From Octopus bimaculoides (lineage: Eukaryota): a stretch of 64,000 bases of DNA. Below, one piece after another: positions 1 through 12,555 of the stretch. The translations under genes were made by a program, and so were the position numbers. Every line of letters starts with the position of its first letter. Position 1 is the stretch's first letter. A model generated the notes under the pieces. It searched no databases, was not told the origin of the DNA, and was given only the letters and a program-made list of their open reading frames with translations. The DNA lies in contig NC_068988.1 of NCBI RefSeq assembly GCF_001194135.2, positions 74,370,348-74,434,347 on the forward strand, read 5' to 3'.

Positions 1-354
1 CAATACCTATTGTCATAGGTGCCCTGGGAATGACAGCGAAACGGGCTGATTACTACCTAGCTCAGATACCAGGAAACCCCAAAATGGCTGAAGTTCAAAA
101 GATAGTGCTCATGGGAACTGCCCATATCCTACGTAAAATACTGTCTATGTGATCTCAAATTTTAAAGCAAACACATAATTTTCTTATGGTTTCTTAAACA
201 TTCTCTAGAACAACACTATGTACAAATCCAAATATATGGTACCCTAAGCATAACACCTACATGAACTTCTAACTTGTTGTCTCTGGGTGAGACTTGGATC
301 CAACTTGTACAAATGCAAAGCAAAAGTCAAACATAAAATAATAATAATAATAAT
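1..354 (+). mobile_element. 3' end of an R4/Dong-like non-LTR retrotransposon (RLE C-terminus, 3' UTR, (TAA)n tail)
   Basis: Frame 3..152 reads IPIVIGALGMTAKRADYYLAQIPGNPKMAEVQKIVLMGTAHILRKILSM*, the typical C-terminus of R4/Dong restriction-like endonucleases. About 180 bp of UTR follow, ending in (TAA)n at ~335-354. Confidence 0.8.
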
Positions 355-556
355 CTACTAAAGGCACAAAGCCTGAAATTTTAGGGGAAGGGATGAGTCA
401 ATTACATCAACCCCAGTGCATAACTGATAATTTATCAACCCCGAAAGGATGAAAGGCAAAGTTGACCTCAGCAGCATTTGAACTCAAAATGTGAAGACAG
501 ACAAAATACCGCTAAGCATTTCACCTGGCTTGCTAATGATTCAACTAGCTCGCTGC
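355..556 (-). mobile_element. tRNA-derived SINE family A (Meta-domain-like core), copy 1
   Basis: The minus strand has a tRNA-like head (gagctagttgaatc...gagttcaaat), the core tttgcctttcatcctttcggggttgataaa and the tail gctttgtgcctttagtag followed by (ATT)n. Multiple copies occur in the window. Confidence 0.8.
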
Positions 557-583
557 ATTAATAATGATAATAATAACAATAAT

Positions 584-736
584 CCTTTCTGCTATAGGCA
601 CAAGGCCTGAAATTTCAGAGGAGGGGGACTAGTTTAATTGGTATTTTAATTTATCGACCCTGAAAGGATGATAGGCAAAGTCAACACCACTAAGCATTTC
701 ACCTGGCATGCTAACAATTCTGCCAGCTCACCACCT
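584..736 (-). mobile_element. SINE family A, copy 2 (internally deleted)
   Basis: Same head, core and tail as 355-556, flanked by (TAA)n and (TAC)n. Confidence 0.8.
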
Positions 737-767
737 TACTACTACTACTATTAATAATAATAATAAT

Positions 768-955
768 CCTTTCTGCTAAAGGCTCAAGGCCTGAAATTTT
801 AGGGGAGGGACTAGTCAATTACATTGACCCTACTGTTCAACTGGTACTATTTTATCAACCCTGAAAAAAAATAGATGAAAGCAAAGTCAGCCTCGGTGGG
901 ATTTGAACCCAGAAAGTGAAGACAGCATACTTATGGTTCTGCCAGCTTGCTGTCT
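768..955 (-). mobile_element. SINE family A, copy 3
   Basis: Same family, flanked by (TAA)n on both sides. Confidence 0.8.
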
Positions 956-974
956 TAATAATAATAATAGTAAT

Positions 975-1612
975 CCTTTCTTTATTAGCCACAAGGGCTG
1001 ACAAAAATAAGATTGGACATTACAAAACATGAAGGACAAAGTGGGCTTACATAAAGTGTCGTGTAAAAACTCAATAACAATGAAAAATATAACAAAGAAA
1101 ATGCTTAAAAGAGGCAAGCAACACTGGGTTACTCATGGAGACCCCACAAAAAATCCACAAGCGCCACAACTACTAGGGCAACAGCCCTCTCCCCATCTTT
1201 CTCTCTCTCTCAGCCTTGGAAACTCAAAAGCGCATACTCAAAGTAGGCCTGTTGACACAGATCATCTTTGCCACATTCGCCCACCTTTTAACAAAATTGC
1301 TGGAAGTCAGCATTTCTCTCTCAACTCTTACTTTCCTTTTCAGATAGTATCTGAAAATGTTGATGAGGAGTAGGCCAAAGAGAAGAGTATTTGTCTTCAT
1401 CCCTTTCAGTCTAGACCACCACACAACCTCTTTTGCTACAGCCACAAGGCAGGTAAAAATTGCCTTTCCTTGCCAGCCAAAGGAAGGCAGTGGGGCAATC
1501 TTCATGATGGAATCAGCCGACAAGCAGACACATCATACACGTGACAGCGGGTGTTCGACATAAACCCACATATCAGATAAGCTCAGGCACTGGATGAGTG
1601 TGTGCAGAATAT
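975..1612 (-). mobile_element. 3' end of an L1/Tx1-like LINE (ORF2 C-terminus and 3' UTR)
   Basis: The minus strand reads ILHTLIQCLSLSDMWVYVEH... (second half of the ORF2 zinc knuckle, HxxxxC...W) continuing into ORF 1224-1523 (AVAKEVVWWSRLKG...KRWANVA). The pyrimidine-rich UTR ends in aataaa-gaaagg-(ATT)n. Confidence 0.65.
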
Positions 1613-2879
1613 TTTTCATGTAAAATGCATTTTTTTTTCTTTTTGCATAATAAAATACACCATTTTTGTCACTCAAGGTGTAAAACCATTTTGTATTCTT
1701 CAGGGTTGTCTACAAAAATTTACGAACCACTTAACAATTGTTAATTTAAAAGCAAATAGTTATATTAAAATTCAACTTTTTCATCATTCAAATGCATAAA
1801 ACTGTCTCTTACATTTTATCACATTTTCCAGCCCCAAACCATTCTTGTATGACATTATTCTGTCTCTGTTTAGGTATTGAAATCGAATTTTGCGATTTAG
1901 CCCCCACCACTCACTGAAATTAGTAATTTTTATTAAAACATGTCCTTTTAACTATTTAAGAGTTCTTTCTTTAGTTTTTCAGTATTTACTTGACAAACTC
2001 TTTACCACCACCATTGCCACCTTCTTTTAAACAACAATTCTGGCTAACACCTTTGACCACATTTTGTAGCTCAATAGTTCTACCACTCTTTGACATGCTT
2101 ATATAATCAAAAAAACACTGCAGCACTCATGATTTTGGATACATTCTACATGCTCAGAATTATTGAAGTATGGTATAAATTACCTGTGGTATTTGTTAGC
2201 TGCCAATATAAATTACTTGTGGTATTTGTTATATCCTTCAAAAAATACCATGCTTTCCAAAATTCTCTAACACTATAACTGACTTGCCTGTGAGCCCTTT
2301 CCTCTTTATGGCTCTTTTATTGTTCACTTTCTATTTTGTATTTTATTCTGTTATTGTACATCTACTTTTAGCTTTCATTGCTGCCTTTCTTTACTTGAAT
2401 TATAACTGCTTTCTGTCTTCTCTTTTACCTTTTGTGACATGTTGTAGTGCTCATGAGCACTGTATACTATAAGTTCATTATCATATAATTAATTGACTGG
2501 TTCTTGCCAAACCTCACCACAATTAATTAATTTGGAGCTTGGATTTAATAAGTCAGCCTTCAAACTAATTAAATGTGGTATGCATTGGCAAGATTCAGTT
2601 AATAAAATTGGCAAATCTAAACAGGTTTGTTGGATTTGGTGGGATGTGAGAGCTAATGCCCCAGACAGAATCCTTCATTGGGGAAGATATTTTTCAGACT
2701 TTTATTGGTTTCAGCACTTCAGTGTGGCCATACAGTAACACTACAGTGTTTTATTCTCTTATAAATTTCATTTATTGGACTGCAGCCATACTGGAACACT
2801 ACATTTGATGTAGTGCCCCAACATGGCTATATTTATTTTATCGGTCTCTGTTTATCCTGTAACTAAATTACAGGACATA

Positions 2880-3092
2880 AGAAAACATAACATAAACAAG
2901 ACCTGCATTTAGACAAGTAAAAGCATAAGCACACATACAAACATATAAGTAAACAAACACACACTACACAAGTACAACAAATACACATTAAACATGCTAC
3001 ACACATACACAAATCACACACACACCACACATACACACACTACACACACATACACACCAGACACCCACTACACACACACACACACACACACA

Positions 3093-3133
<41 letters not shown>

Positions 3134-3230
3134 NNNNNNNNNNNNNNNNNNNNNNNNNNNNNNNNNNNNNNNNNNNNNNNNNNNNNNNNNNNNNNNNNNN
3201 NNNNNNNNACACACACACACACACACACAG
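2880..3230. repeat. Degenerate (CA)n microsatellite with an assembly gap
   Basis: (CA)n runs with an N gap at 3134-3208. This explains the HT/CV-repeat ORFs. Confidence 0.95.
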
Positions 3231-3384
3231 AGAAGCTATAAAAACATTTAATATAGAGATGTTAGGTATAGATCTCTTCATTTAGAATTGAGAATTTACA
3301 CAGCTGCTACTCTGAAATTTTGTTTGTAGCCAACATCTACATAGCTTCTAGTCAGAGTTTTCTGATGTAACCAACATTCACATA

Positions 3385-5496
3385 CACGGTGGTATCAAAG
3401 AGTTTCTGGACTAGCTATGTTTAATAAAAAATAACTTATTTACCAAAGTTTTAACATCATCTCCTTCAAAATAGTCACCTTGCACAGTAATACAGCGGTC
3501 CCAGCTATCCTGCCATTTTTGGAATCTGGCTTGGAAGTCATTTTCTGTAAACAAGTCAAGTACCTTCTGTGATTCATCCTTGATTTCAACAACAGTGTTA
3601 AAACAGCAACCTTTGAGCTGCATTTTCATCTTGGGGAAGAGAAGAAGACTGCTGGTGCTAAATCTAGTGAATAGGGCAGGTGCAGAAGCAATACTACATT
3701 GTTTTTGGTGAGAAACTCATCAATTAAGAGAGCTCGGTGACAGGGTACATTTTTATCGTGAACAATCCAATTCTTTATGCTCCACAGATTTGGTCGCTTT
3801 CAATGCATGTGTAGTGAAACTAACCTCCCGCCATTAGATACAAACTACTATCGCCATTACATACAATCTTCTCATTTAAATATAAATAAATGCGAGCGTA
3901 GTAGAGAACCCATTCCTTGTCATCACGTGACTGATCATTATTTGAATTGGCAACTTCTTCGAACCTTTCCCGCCAGAACGCAAACTGACCAATCACGGCC
4001 CCTAATAAGGTCACGTGATAGAGTAAAATTCTGAAGGCATTTGGAGCCCTCTTAACGCTATATATAGATCAACTCATACCCCACAAATTTGTCTCGGTCC
4101 AGTTTCTCTTTGAGAACTGTTCCGTGTACCACACGACAGCAGCAGCAGCCAGCGACCACTTCAGCAGCTTCGTTCAGCCNNNNNNNNNNNNNNNNNNNNN
4201 NNNNNNNNNNNNNNNNNNNNNNNNNNNNNNNNNNNNNNNNNNNNNNNNNNNNNNNNNNNNNNNNNNNNNNNNNNNNNNNNNNNNNNNNNNNNNNNNNNNN
4301 NNNNNNNNNNNNNNNNNNNNNNNNNNNNNNNNNNNNNNNNNNNNNNNNNNNNNNNNNNNNNNNNNNNNNNNNNNNNNNNNNNNNNNNNNNNNNNNNNNNN
4401 NNNNNNNNNNNNNNNNNNNNNNNNNNNNNNNNNNNNNNNNNNNNNNNNNNNNNNNNNNNNNNNNNNNNNNNNNNNNNNNNNNNNNNNNNNNNNNNNNNNN
4501 NNNNNNNNNNNNNNNNNNNNNNNNNNNNNNNNNNNNNNNNNNNNNNNNNNNNNNNNNNNNNNNNNNNNNNNNNNNNNNNNNNNNNNNNNNNNNNNNNNNN
4601 NNNNNNNNNNNNNNNNNNNNNNNNNNNNNNNNNNNNNNNNNNNNNNNNNNNNNNNNNNNNNNNNNNNNNNNNNNNNNNNNAACACTCATACACACATGTA
4701 TCACTCACATACACACTTTTCTTTGTACGACGGCCTGTCTTTGATTATGTTCTTATATGTCGCATTCACACTCACACACAGACATACATCTGTAACGCTA
4801 CAATAAATATCTCTGTTATTCATCTAATACGGTTGTGGTCTTTCATTACTGGTCATCTATGTTATCGTCGCATAACATATTAGTATATCACCATTGATAT
4901 ATATATTTGTGTGTTCGACCGTGTGACGCGTTTAAATAAAAGGAGTCCTCTGTTTTTCCATTTGTCACCATTTCTCCTTTTTGAGTTCGCACGGTTGTCC
5001 CTTACACATCTCCTCCCTCAAATGTTTCAAAATGTCATTGACTGTCCTCTGACAATCCTCATGCACAAGCTGATGAATTTTCTTCACATTTCCCGGCTGA
5101 TGTTCACAGCAAGTCTTCCAGATCTTTTATCATATTCCAGGTATGTTCTTCTGCTTTTGAAGCACCTGTGCCACTCAAAACATTGCATACAACCCATTGC
5201 CTTGTTGCTGTAAGCTTGCCGAAGCATGCTCAATGTCTCTGTAGCAGACTTTGCAAATTTAATGCAAAATTTCACATTGGCTCTTTGTTCCAACTTCCTG
5301 TCCATGACAAAAATTGCAGACTACAGCATATGCATGATTACAAAAACTCAAATTTCACAACTTGCAAAGCACAGTGATGTCACTCAGCACCCTGTCTCAT
5401 AAAGGTCAATGCTAGCTCTCACTGCACACGCATGTGCTACCATCTGTTGGTGTGTTACAGAACAAGTTAGTGTGGGAACTTTTTGATACCATCTTG
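3385..5496 (-). mobile_element. Mariner transposon A, internally deleted and interrupted by a solo LTR
   Basis: TA-flanked TIRs cacggtggtatcaaagagtttctggact and (reverse complement) caagatggtatcaaaaagttcccacact. N-terminal HTH region MDRKLEQRANVKFCIKF... (5084-5305). C-terminus KRPNLW..WIVHD..PCHRAL...PYSLDLAP...WDRCITVQGDYFEGD. Confidence 0.9.
3810..5006 (+). mobile_element. Solo LTR (TG...CA) inserted in mariner A
   Basis: Starts tgtagtg and ends cttaca, with a 4-bp TSD carrying one mismatch (catg/catc). Contains CCAAT (accaatca), TATA (ctatatatag) and aataaa. Removing it restores LKHLREEM-H*KRPNLW. It includes a ~500-N gap and is homologous to 35267-36266. Confidence 0.8.
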
Positions 5497-5924
5497 TAGC
5501 TATTATAGGCAAGTTTCACACCAGCAATACCATTGATTTTACTTATTTATCTAACTGAAATTAACACTAAGGACTTCTCTTCCACCTAATCTTGGAGTGC
5601 ACCTGTCTACCCCTGAATCATCATGAAATTTCACCTTCTGGATCTTTCCAGGTTTCCTGCTGTATTTCTATATATAGTTATATATTTATCTTCAATACAA
5701 AATGTTATAAAATGATATGATACCATCAGACTGCCTGTTCATAAATTGTTTGATTATACCTTCATCAGCTCAACCAATACATTACCTATACCCAGCTCTT
5801 ATTCATGTGGATCTTGCATCACTATACTTAACATCAGAATTTAGGCACTTGGTTCAGCTTGAGCACTTATTATCCTTACATGTACCTATTATCTTTATGT
5901 CCTCCGACATCTTCTTATCTATCA

Positions 5925-6470
5925 TATATATCATCATCATCATTATTTAGTGTCTGCTTTCCATACTGGCATTGGTTAGACGGTTTGACTGGAAATGGTA
6001 AGCCAGAGAGCTGAACCAAGTTCCAATCTGATTTGGAATGGTTTCTACAGCTGGATGCTCTTCCTAATGCCAACCACTCCAAGAGTGTAATGGGTGCTTT
6101 TTACGTACCACTGGCATGGGTACTTTTATGTGCCTCTAGTACTGGTACCAGTCATGTGACACCAGCATCAGCCATGACTACAATTTCACTTGGATTGAAG
6201 TCTTCTTAAGCATGGCATATCGTCAAAGGTCTTGGTCACTTGTCATTACCGCCGTGAGGCCCAATGTTTGAAGATCAGGCTTCACCACCTCATCCCATGT
6301 CTTCCTCTACCACAGGTTCCCTTCACAGTCAGAGATCGGCACTTCTTTGCACAGCTGTCCTTGTCCATATGCATCACATGGTCATACCAGCACAATCATC
6401 TCTCTTGCACACCATATCTGATGTCTCTTATGCCCAACTTTTCTCTCAAGAGTATCCACCTCCGCTGCTG
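5925..6470 (-). mobile_element. RTE LINE 3' end (ORF C-terminus and 3' UTR, (GAT)n tail)
   Basis: Reverse complement of the 3' end of the RTE at 15720-19150. Confidence 0.85.
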
Positions 6471-6515
6471 ACTTGGTCACATATCTATAAATACATACAT
6501 ACATACATACATACA

Positions 6516-6551
<36 letters not shown>

Positions 6552-6960
6552 TATAGCCTCAGGTGTAGGGAGATTGCTTTCCTTGTCAATCATAATGATA
6601 AGTGCTTTCTGTGGCTATGAGTTGTTCTGACTCTCATTTCTAGCAATACTGGTGCTGATTAGTGCCCTTAGTCACTTTAGTGAATTCTATATTTATGCCT
6701 TTTGGTTGTAAATTGTGAATAAGCCATCTTTACTACTTATATATATGTATGTATATATTATTGTTAAGCAAAAATTTTGTTGATAGTGACTTTGAAATTT
6801 CAGTCATCATCTAACTAAGCTGATCAAAACTTTGAAGTCATTGTTAACAACATTCTTGTTTAAGAATAATAAATTTGTACTCTACAAAAGTGTAGAGTAG
6901 CCCTTCAGATTAATGTAAAATTGTTTCTTGTATAACTGAACATAAAAACAAACAACTATA

Positions 6961-7986
6961 CACAGCAACCTCGGTTCTCGAATGTCTCACATGTCAAACA
7001 AATCAGTTTCTGAACAGAAAATTTGAGATGAAAATGCCTTGGTTATCGAACAAAATTCCTGTTCTTGCACAACATTGCCGAACCAAGCCAAACCAAGTTA
7101 ACCCGAATGGAATCATTTCTGAGTTGACCGCCATGTTGTATACGTTTGTGTGTTGTGTTGTGCTTTTCTTTTCCAATTTTATTGTACTGTCTTTTTTCTC
7201 TTCATTGGGCCTTAGTCATGGCTCCAAAGGAAGCCAGAAGTGATACTGGTAAGGGAAAAGAAAATTTGAGAGAAAAACAATTAAAGTGAAGAAAGAAATC
7301 ATCACAAAACATGAAAATGGTGTTCGTGTATCAGATCTTGCTGTGCAGTAAGGTATGCCTAAATCGACATCTACTATTCTAAAAAGTAGGGAAATGATAA
7401 AAGCAGCTGATGTTGCAAAAAAGGAGTGACTGTTATTAATAAACAAAGACCAAAGATTCTCAAAGAAGTGGAAAAATTATTACTTATTTTTATAAATGAG
7501 AAATAGTTAGCAGGTGACAGTATCAGTGAAGCATTTATTTGTGAGAAAGCATTAAAAATTTATAGTGCTTTAGTAAAGAAAACCCCTGGTACAAGTGCTG
7601 AAAGTAATACTTTTGAATTCAAAGCTAGCAGAGGCTGGTTTGAGAAATTTAAGAAAAGTGAAATACACAGTGTAATTAGGCATGGAAAGGCGGCGAGTTC
7701 AACCAAGGAAACGGCTGAGAAATTTGTGATTGAATTTAATGACTTGATAAAGGAAGGAGGTTATCTCCCCCAACAGGTTTTCAATGGAGATGAAACAGGA
7801 TTATTTTGGAAACAAATGCCAAGTAGGACCTATATTACTAAGGAGGTAAAAGTGTTACCAGGGCACAAGCCAATGAAAGATAGTCTCACTCTTTTGTTAT
7901 GCGCCAATGCAAGTGGCGATTTCAAGGTCAAATGATTGCTTGTTTACCATTCCGATAATCCAAGGGTCTTCAAAAGAAACGATGTC
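6961..7986 (+). mobile_element. Tigger/pogo (CENP-B-like) transposon, 5' half, decayed
   Basis: ATG at 7218 (MAPKEA...KKEIITKHENGVRVSDLA), then FKASRGWFEKFKK...RHG, QQVFNGDETGLFWKQMPSRTYIT and LTLLLCANASGDFK. A TIR-like start (cagcaacctcggttctcgaa) is present. Truncated at 7986 by an RTE tail. Confidence 0.9.
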
Positions 7987-8040
7987 AAATCGTCCAACCC
8001 ATGCTAGCATGGAAAGCGGACGTTAAACGATGATGATGAT
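7987..8040 (+). mobile_element. Severely 5'-truncated RTE insertion (tail only)
   Basis: aaatcgtccaacccatgctagcatggaaagcggacgttaaac followed by (GAT)n matches the RTE terminus at ~19095-19150. Confidence 0.85.
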
Positions 8041-8380
8041 ATATATACATACACATATACACCCTCCTATCACACACCTGCACCCACACATAAAAACATA
8101 TGCATATCTGTATAAATGAAAGGAACATGTGCATGAAAGTCATACATATGCACCGGACACAGACTTACTCCTATACATATATATAAACGTACATATATAT
8201 ATACATGCACACACATATACATATAAAATATATGCATACATGTACATATATTCACACTTACACATTCACACAATTAAAAAGGAAAAGGGAAAAACCGAAA
8301 AAATATATATAAAAATAAAGAATTAATGGAAGTTAAGACATATGGGAAGCTTGTGCAGGATCATAGTAAAAATGTGGATT

Positions 8381-10455
8381 CTAGCCATGATCTTGGGGGG
8401 CACAAAACTGTAACAAGTATTTTGTCATATGTGGATATGATCCAAAAAGTTCAGTTCTTGAATTTAGATATGTAGCAGGGTCCAAGGAACATTTCCAGAT
8501 GAGCCATCTTTCCATATTACAAAGACCACACTTGCCACTACTGTTGGTATAAGGTTTACACTTGGCTAAGATCTTTCAGTAAATCCTGTAGTTGACACCT
8601 TGTTCTTTTAAGAACCATATATAACTGGATAATTTGGTAGCTTTCCATTTATTCCAGCCTCTGAAGCTTAAAGTGTGATTGTTGAACCCTGTTTTGAAAT
8701 TTCCCTCTGTGAGACCCACATATCTCTTGGATTAAGCTGTATTATTAGCGTTTGTAGAATTTACGGTGGCTTCATAAATAATGGCCTTGGTCATACAGAC
8801 TCCATTTAGCAGGCAAAGTCTTTATCCCTGCAGGAACAGCCAGCTTCATGTTGTTGCATTACATTCTGTGTAATTATGTTTTTAAAATTTGGAGTTGAAC
8901 TAAAACTAATTTTTAGGTTATGCCTATTAAAAAGTTTTCTATATTCATGATGTATTGGAAAATCTCTATTTATAAGTGACAAGAAATATTGACCTATATT
9001 AAAGATTACTTCGGGGGAGTAAGGGGGTGTGAACCAGATAATTTTCCTGTGTCTATGTTTTCTTTTCTTTATTTCTGGCCTAATAGTAGGTATATAAGCT
9101 ATTTCCTCTTTAAATCCACTAGCTTTAAGGGCATTGTTATATAGTGGGACAGCATTATTAAATATGTTTATATTGGAGGAGAGGCTAGAAATTATCCTAC
9201 TAATATTCTTAACTAAAGTCTTAAACACTATGGGGTAGGTGGGTGGCAGGAACCTACATTAATATAGCTAAGTCTATTGTTGGGCTTTCTGTAGGGTTTG
9301 TAAATATTCTTTTGCAAATCTAGAGGTAAGTCAAGGAAATTGACAACTGTCAAGTTGGTATCATTTGCTAAGATCGAATGTTTTCTTAAGATGGATAATA
9401 TCCTTCCTTAACCGATTTTGCACTGGTCCACTGGTATTCTTAACTAAAACTAGAGGATCGTCCCTGTAAATAGTGAAATATACTCCAGGAAAAGCTTCTC
9501 CTAATGTGTCAAGTAGGAATAGCCCAATGAGGTCGCATATGCCTGCTCCATCATATGACCCCATGTTCACATTGAAAGAGCTCTCTGTGTCTGCTGTCTT
9601 GACCCACTCTGTGTTCTCACTGAAGAGTAAGGTCTTTCTAGCATGGAGGATTATATCCTTATCTTGTTCACTAATCTCTGTAAAATCGCTTCCGAAAATG
9701 AGGGCTTTATCTAGCAGTTTTCTAGAAATAGATGCATAGAAATTTACAATATCAAATTGTGTAAATCTTGCTTTATTCTTATTACTAATTGCTTTAAACC
9801 AGTTAACAACTTTTCTACTATTGGACCATTGTACTAAATTAATTGCCCTTCTAACTTTAGCATTGATTTTTACAAAAAATTTCCTTACTGATTTTGCAGG
9901 GTTAATTCGTCTACATTCAGGATTAGATAGGAAGTTCTTTTTATGGTCCTTAATAGTTATAAAGGCCTCTTTTTTTGGAAGGATCTCTATTTTTTAAATC
10001 TAATTTAAACCTAGCAGCGATGACACTACCTTCTTCATTAATGTAGTTATAAACTTGCAGTCTAGCTTTAGTGTAATTACTAACATTGTTATGTAGGAGT
10101 TGTGATTGGTTTTATCAGAAAAAAAGTACCATTTTTTTGGAATTTCTAATGTTTTTAATGTCCTTTTTCAGTTTCTGTTGAAAAGTGTTGAAAAGGACTT
10201 ACGAAATTAGGTTTTGTTTATAAGCTTCAGTAGATCCGTTTTGAAATTTTCTAAGTCCTTGATTTTGGAAGGGAATTTCTTTGATTTATTTTCATGGTAT
10301 ATGTTCTCTGTGATAGACTCTTCATTGTTGTAATGGAAGACTTTCCATCTCATACATTTAATAAGATGTGTAATTTTCTCCAATAGTTTTTTAGAGTATA
10401 GTTCCCTGGATGGTATAGGTATGTTTTTCATTGAGTAATCAATACTGTAATAGTG
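8381..10455 (-). mobile_element. Penelope-like element (Naiad-type), near-full-length decayed RT + GIY-YIG ORF
   Basis: YSMKNIPIPS...MRWK N-terminus, FDIVNFYASIS, NMGSYDGA..IYRDD, IIWFTPPYS...FNRHNLKISFS, CSCR..(C)LLNGVC, IIYEA..YVGLTEG, KCGLCNMER, with a stop at 8381. Several frameshifts. Confidence 0.88.
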
Positions 10456-11420
10456 CATATTTTCCAGTGGAGAAGTGAAAACACTTTGGAATTGTTTATT
10501 TAGTGCTTCATTTATCTTACCTGAGTCTGCAGTTAGTGAGCTGTTTTTACCAAATAGTGGCCCTATTTTATAGCGTACTGAGGCAGACTCCTTTGCCAAT
10601 GTGTAGAAGGTTTTAGGATTTCTTTTTATATTTTCGACTGCCCAGGTTTCTTTCTTCTCTTTCTATTTCATGGGAGATTTTGAGTTTATTTTCAATCTCA
10701 AAGAGTTTCTCTATCAGGTGGGATTTCATGATTCAAGATCTTTATTCTCTGCCATATGAGTATTCTCCTGTCTCAGGGAATGATGTCTTTGTGTGTATTG
10801 GCTCTCTTCTCTGGAACATATTTAATGCATATGGCTAGTATTATTGACATGAATTTATTGAGTTTCATATCTATGTCTTGCACAGAGAGGCTTTTGGGTA
10901 TTTATTTTTCAAGTGACTTCCAGTCAGCCTTATAGAAATTTAGGCAGCACAGGGTTTGAGTGCCATCTGTGTGGAGTTTCTTTAGTTAATTCCAGGCCAT
11001 ACATTGTCAGTTCTATCATGTTGTGCTCTAAGAATATTGTCAGTGATATGTTTACATTGTGGATAATTTCCATATTGTTTGTAAAGCAGAGGTCCAGGAT
11101 ATTTTTGTGCCTGGTTGGAGAGAGTATGATCTGCTCCATGAATAGCATTTTCCTAAGATCAGGAGAAGAGATTCTGCTTCATTTCACACTTTGTGTGTCA
11201 TTCCACTGTGACTTCTTTTTCTTCTGTCCATATGGAAGATAGCATACATTGGTATGTGTATCTCCGCATCATTTATGTCTGCAGACAGATGTGCTTCTGT
11301 AAGTGCAATGCATACAGCTTGCTTGCATGCAGAAAGACTCTTCAGGAGTGCAATTTTGCATTTTCTGTTGTTCTGTAGCAGGCCTCTTATATTTTTTGTA
11401 GAAAAGGCATTGGTGTTGGT
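10456..11420 (-). mobile_element. CR1-like LINE ORF2 fragment (APE endonuclease to the pre-RT region)
   Basis: NIRGLL...ALTEAHL...EIHIPMY..DR, then LFMEQII.SPTR..NILDLCFTN and KIGPL...LNKQFQSVFT. Truncated where the Penelope-like element begins. Confidence 0.8.
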
Positions 11421-12244
11421 GTGATGGGTGGCCAGGTGGCATTGGTGGTCAACTGGGGTCTGTCAATTGATGACGTTTTTGTGTTGCTGCTGATCCTATG
11501 TGTGATATCTTCCCTAGAAATGTGACGTTATTTTGTTTATTAGGTATTTTGTAGCCTTCTGCTCTTTTATGTATGTATGCATATATATGTATATATATAA
11601 GTATATATGTATGCATGCATATGTGTACATATGTATGTATGTATGTATATCTATATATGCATGCATGCAAGCATGTATGGAAGCATGTATGTATATATGT
11701 CAGTCTATGTATCTATGAATATGTGTGTGTTTGTGTGTGTGTAAACTTGCATGTATGCATCTATATATGTATATGTGTATTGCCATCAACCACACCTCCA
11801 CTCTTGTTCACCATTCACTACACTCACATCTAGCCCTATCTCTAACCATTTGTTCCTCCTCTCTTATGCTGCTATGGAATTATCTGCCCTCTCCTTCTCC
11901 CCTAACCCTTTGCCTATATTCTCTCTTATACTCATCTTATACCATGAGAATTTATTCTGGCCCCTCATCATCACCATCTACATTCACCCACCCTCGTGCA
12001 CAATGCAGTGTAGACATGTAACACCTCTATTGAAAGACACCTGTACTTGTTCATCTAGCATACGTTTATCTTCAACACCCCACTCTCAAATACAGTACCA
12101 CTCAGTAGAGGAAGCTTTTTCTTTACTCTTCTTTTTGTCTCTCAAATTACTTGACAACTTCATTCATGTCAGTCTCATGAAAAAAGTACCGTGCACACAC
12201 TGCAAAGCATTTAACATTAGGAAAGGTATCCGACTATAGAACTA

Positions 12245-12347
12245 TGTCAAAGCATACAGTGGAACCCAACACAGCCCTGCAGCTCTTCAGATCCATCCAA
12301 ATTAGGCAACCGGTGCCAGTGTAGAAAATGGACCTTAACTGATAATG
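12245..12347 (+). mobile_element. Diverged RTE 3' tail
   Basis: tccatccaaattaggcaaccggtgccagtgtagaaaatggaccttaac followed by (GAT)-like repeats. Confidence 0.55.
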
Positions 12348-12515
12348 ATAATGTATGTATATATATATATGTGTGTATGCATATATTTATGTATATATAT
12401 ATATGTAGGTATCCCAAATTGTAGGCCACTTTTATGTACACTATAGAGTAAGGTCACAGGCTATGTGACTTCAAGTAATTTCTATAAAGCCAAGCAATGT
12501 AAGGGGCTGCTGCAA

Positions 12516-12554
<39 letters not shown>

Positions 12555-12555
<1 letters not shown>

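Noticed and set aside
4058-4883. Long ORFs here, at 19590-20396 and at 61692-62032
   Set aside because: They are produced by N gaps and microsatellites.
5744-5775. Minus-strand CTGATGA-AGGTATAATC-AAAC, resembling a hammerhead core
   Set aside because: G12 is missing and there is no convincing stem I or stem III.
10207-10599. 130-aa ORF as a CR1-Penelope fusion protein
   Set aside because: It is a chance in-frame junction of two decayed elements, with stops and frameshifts on both sides.
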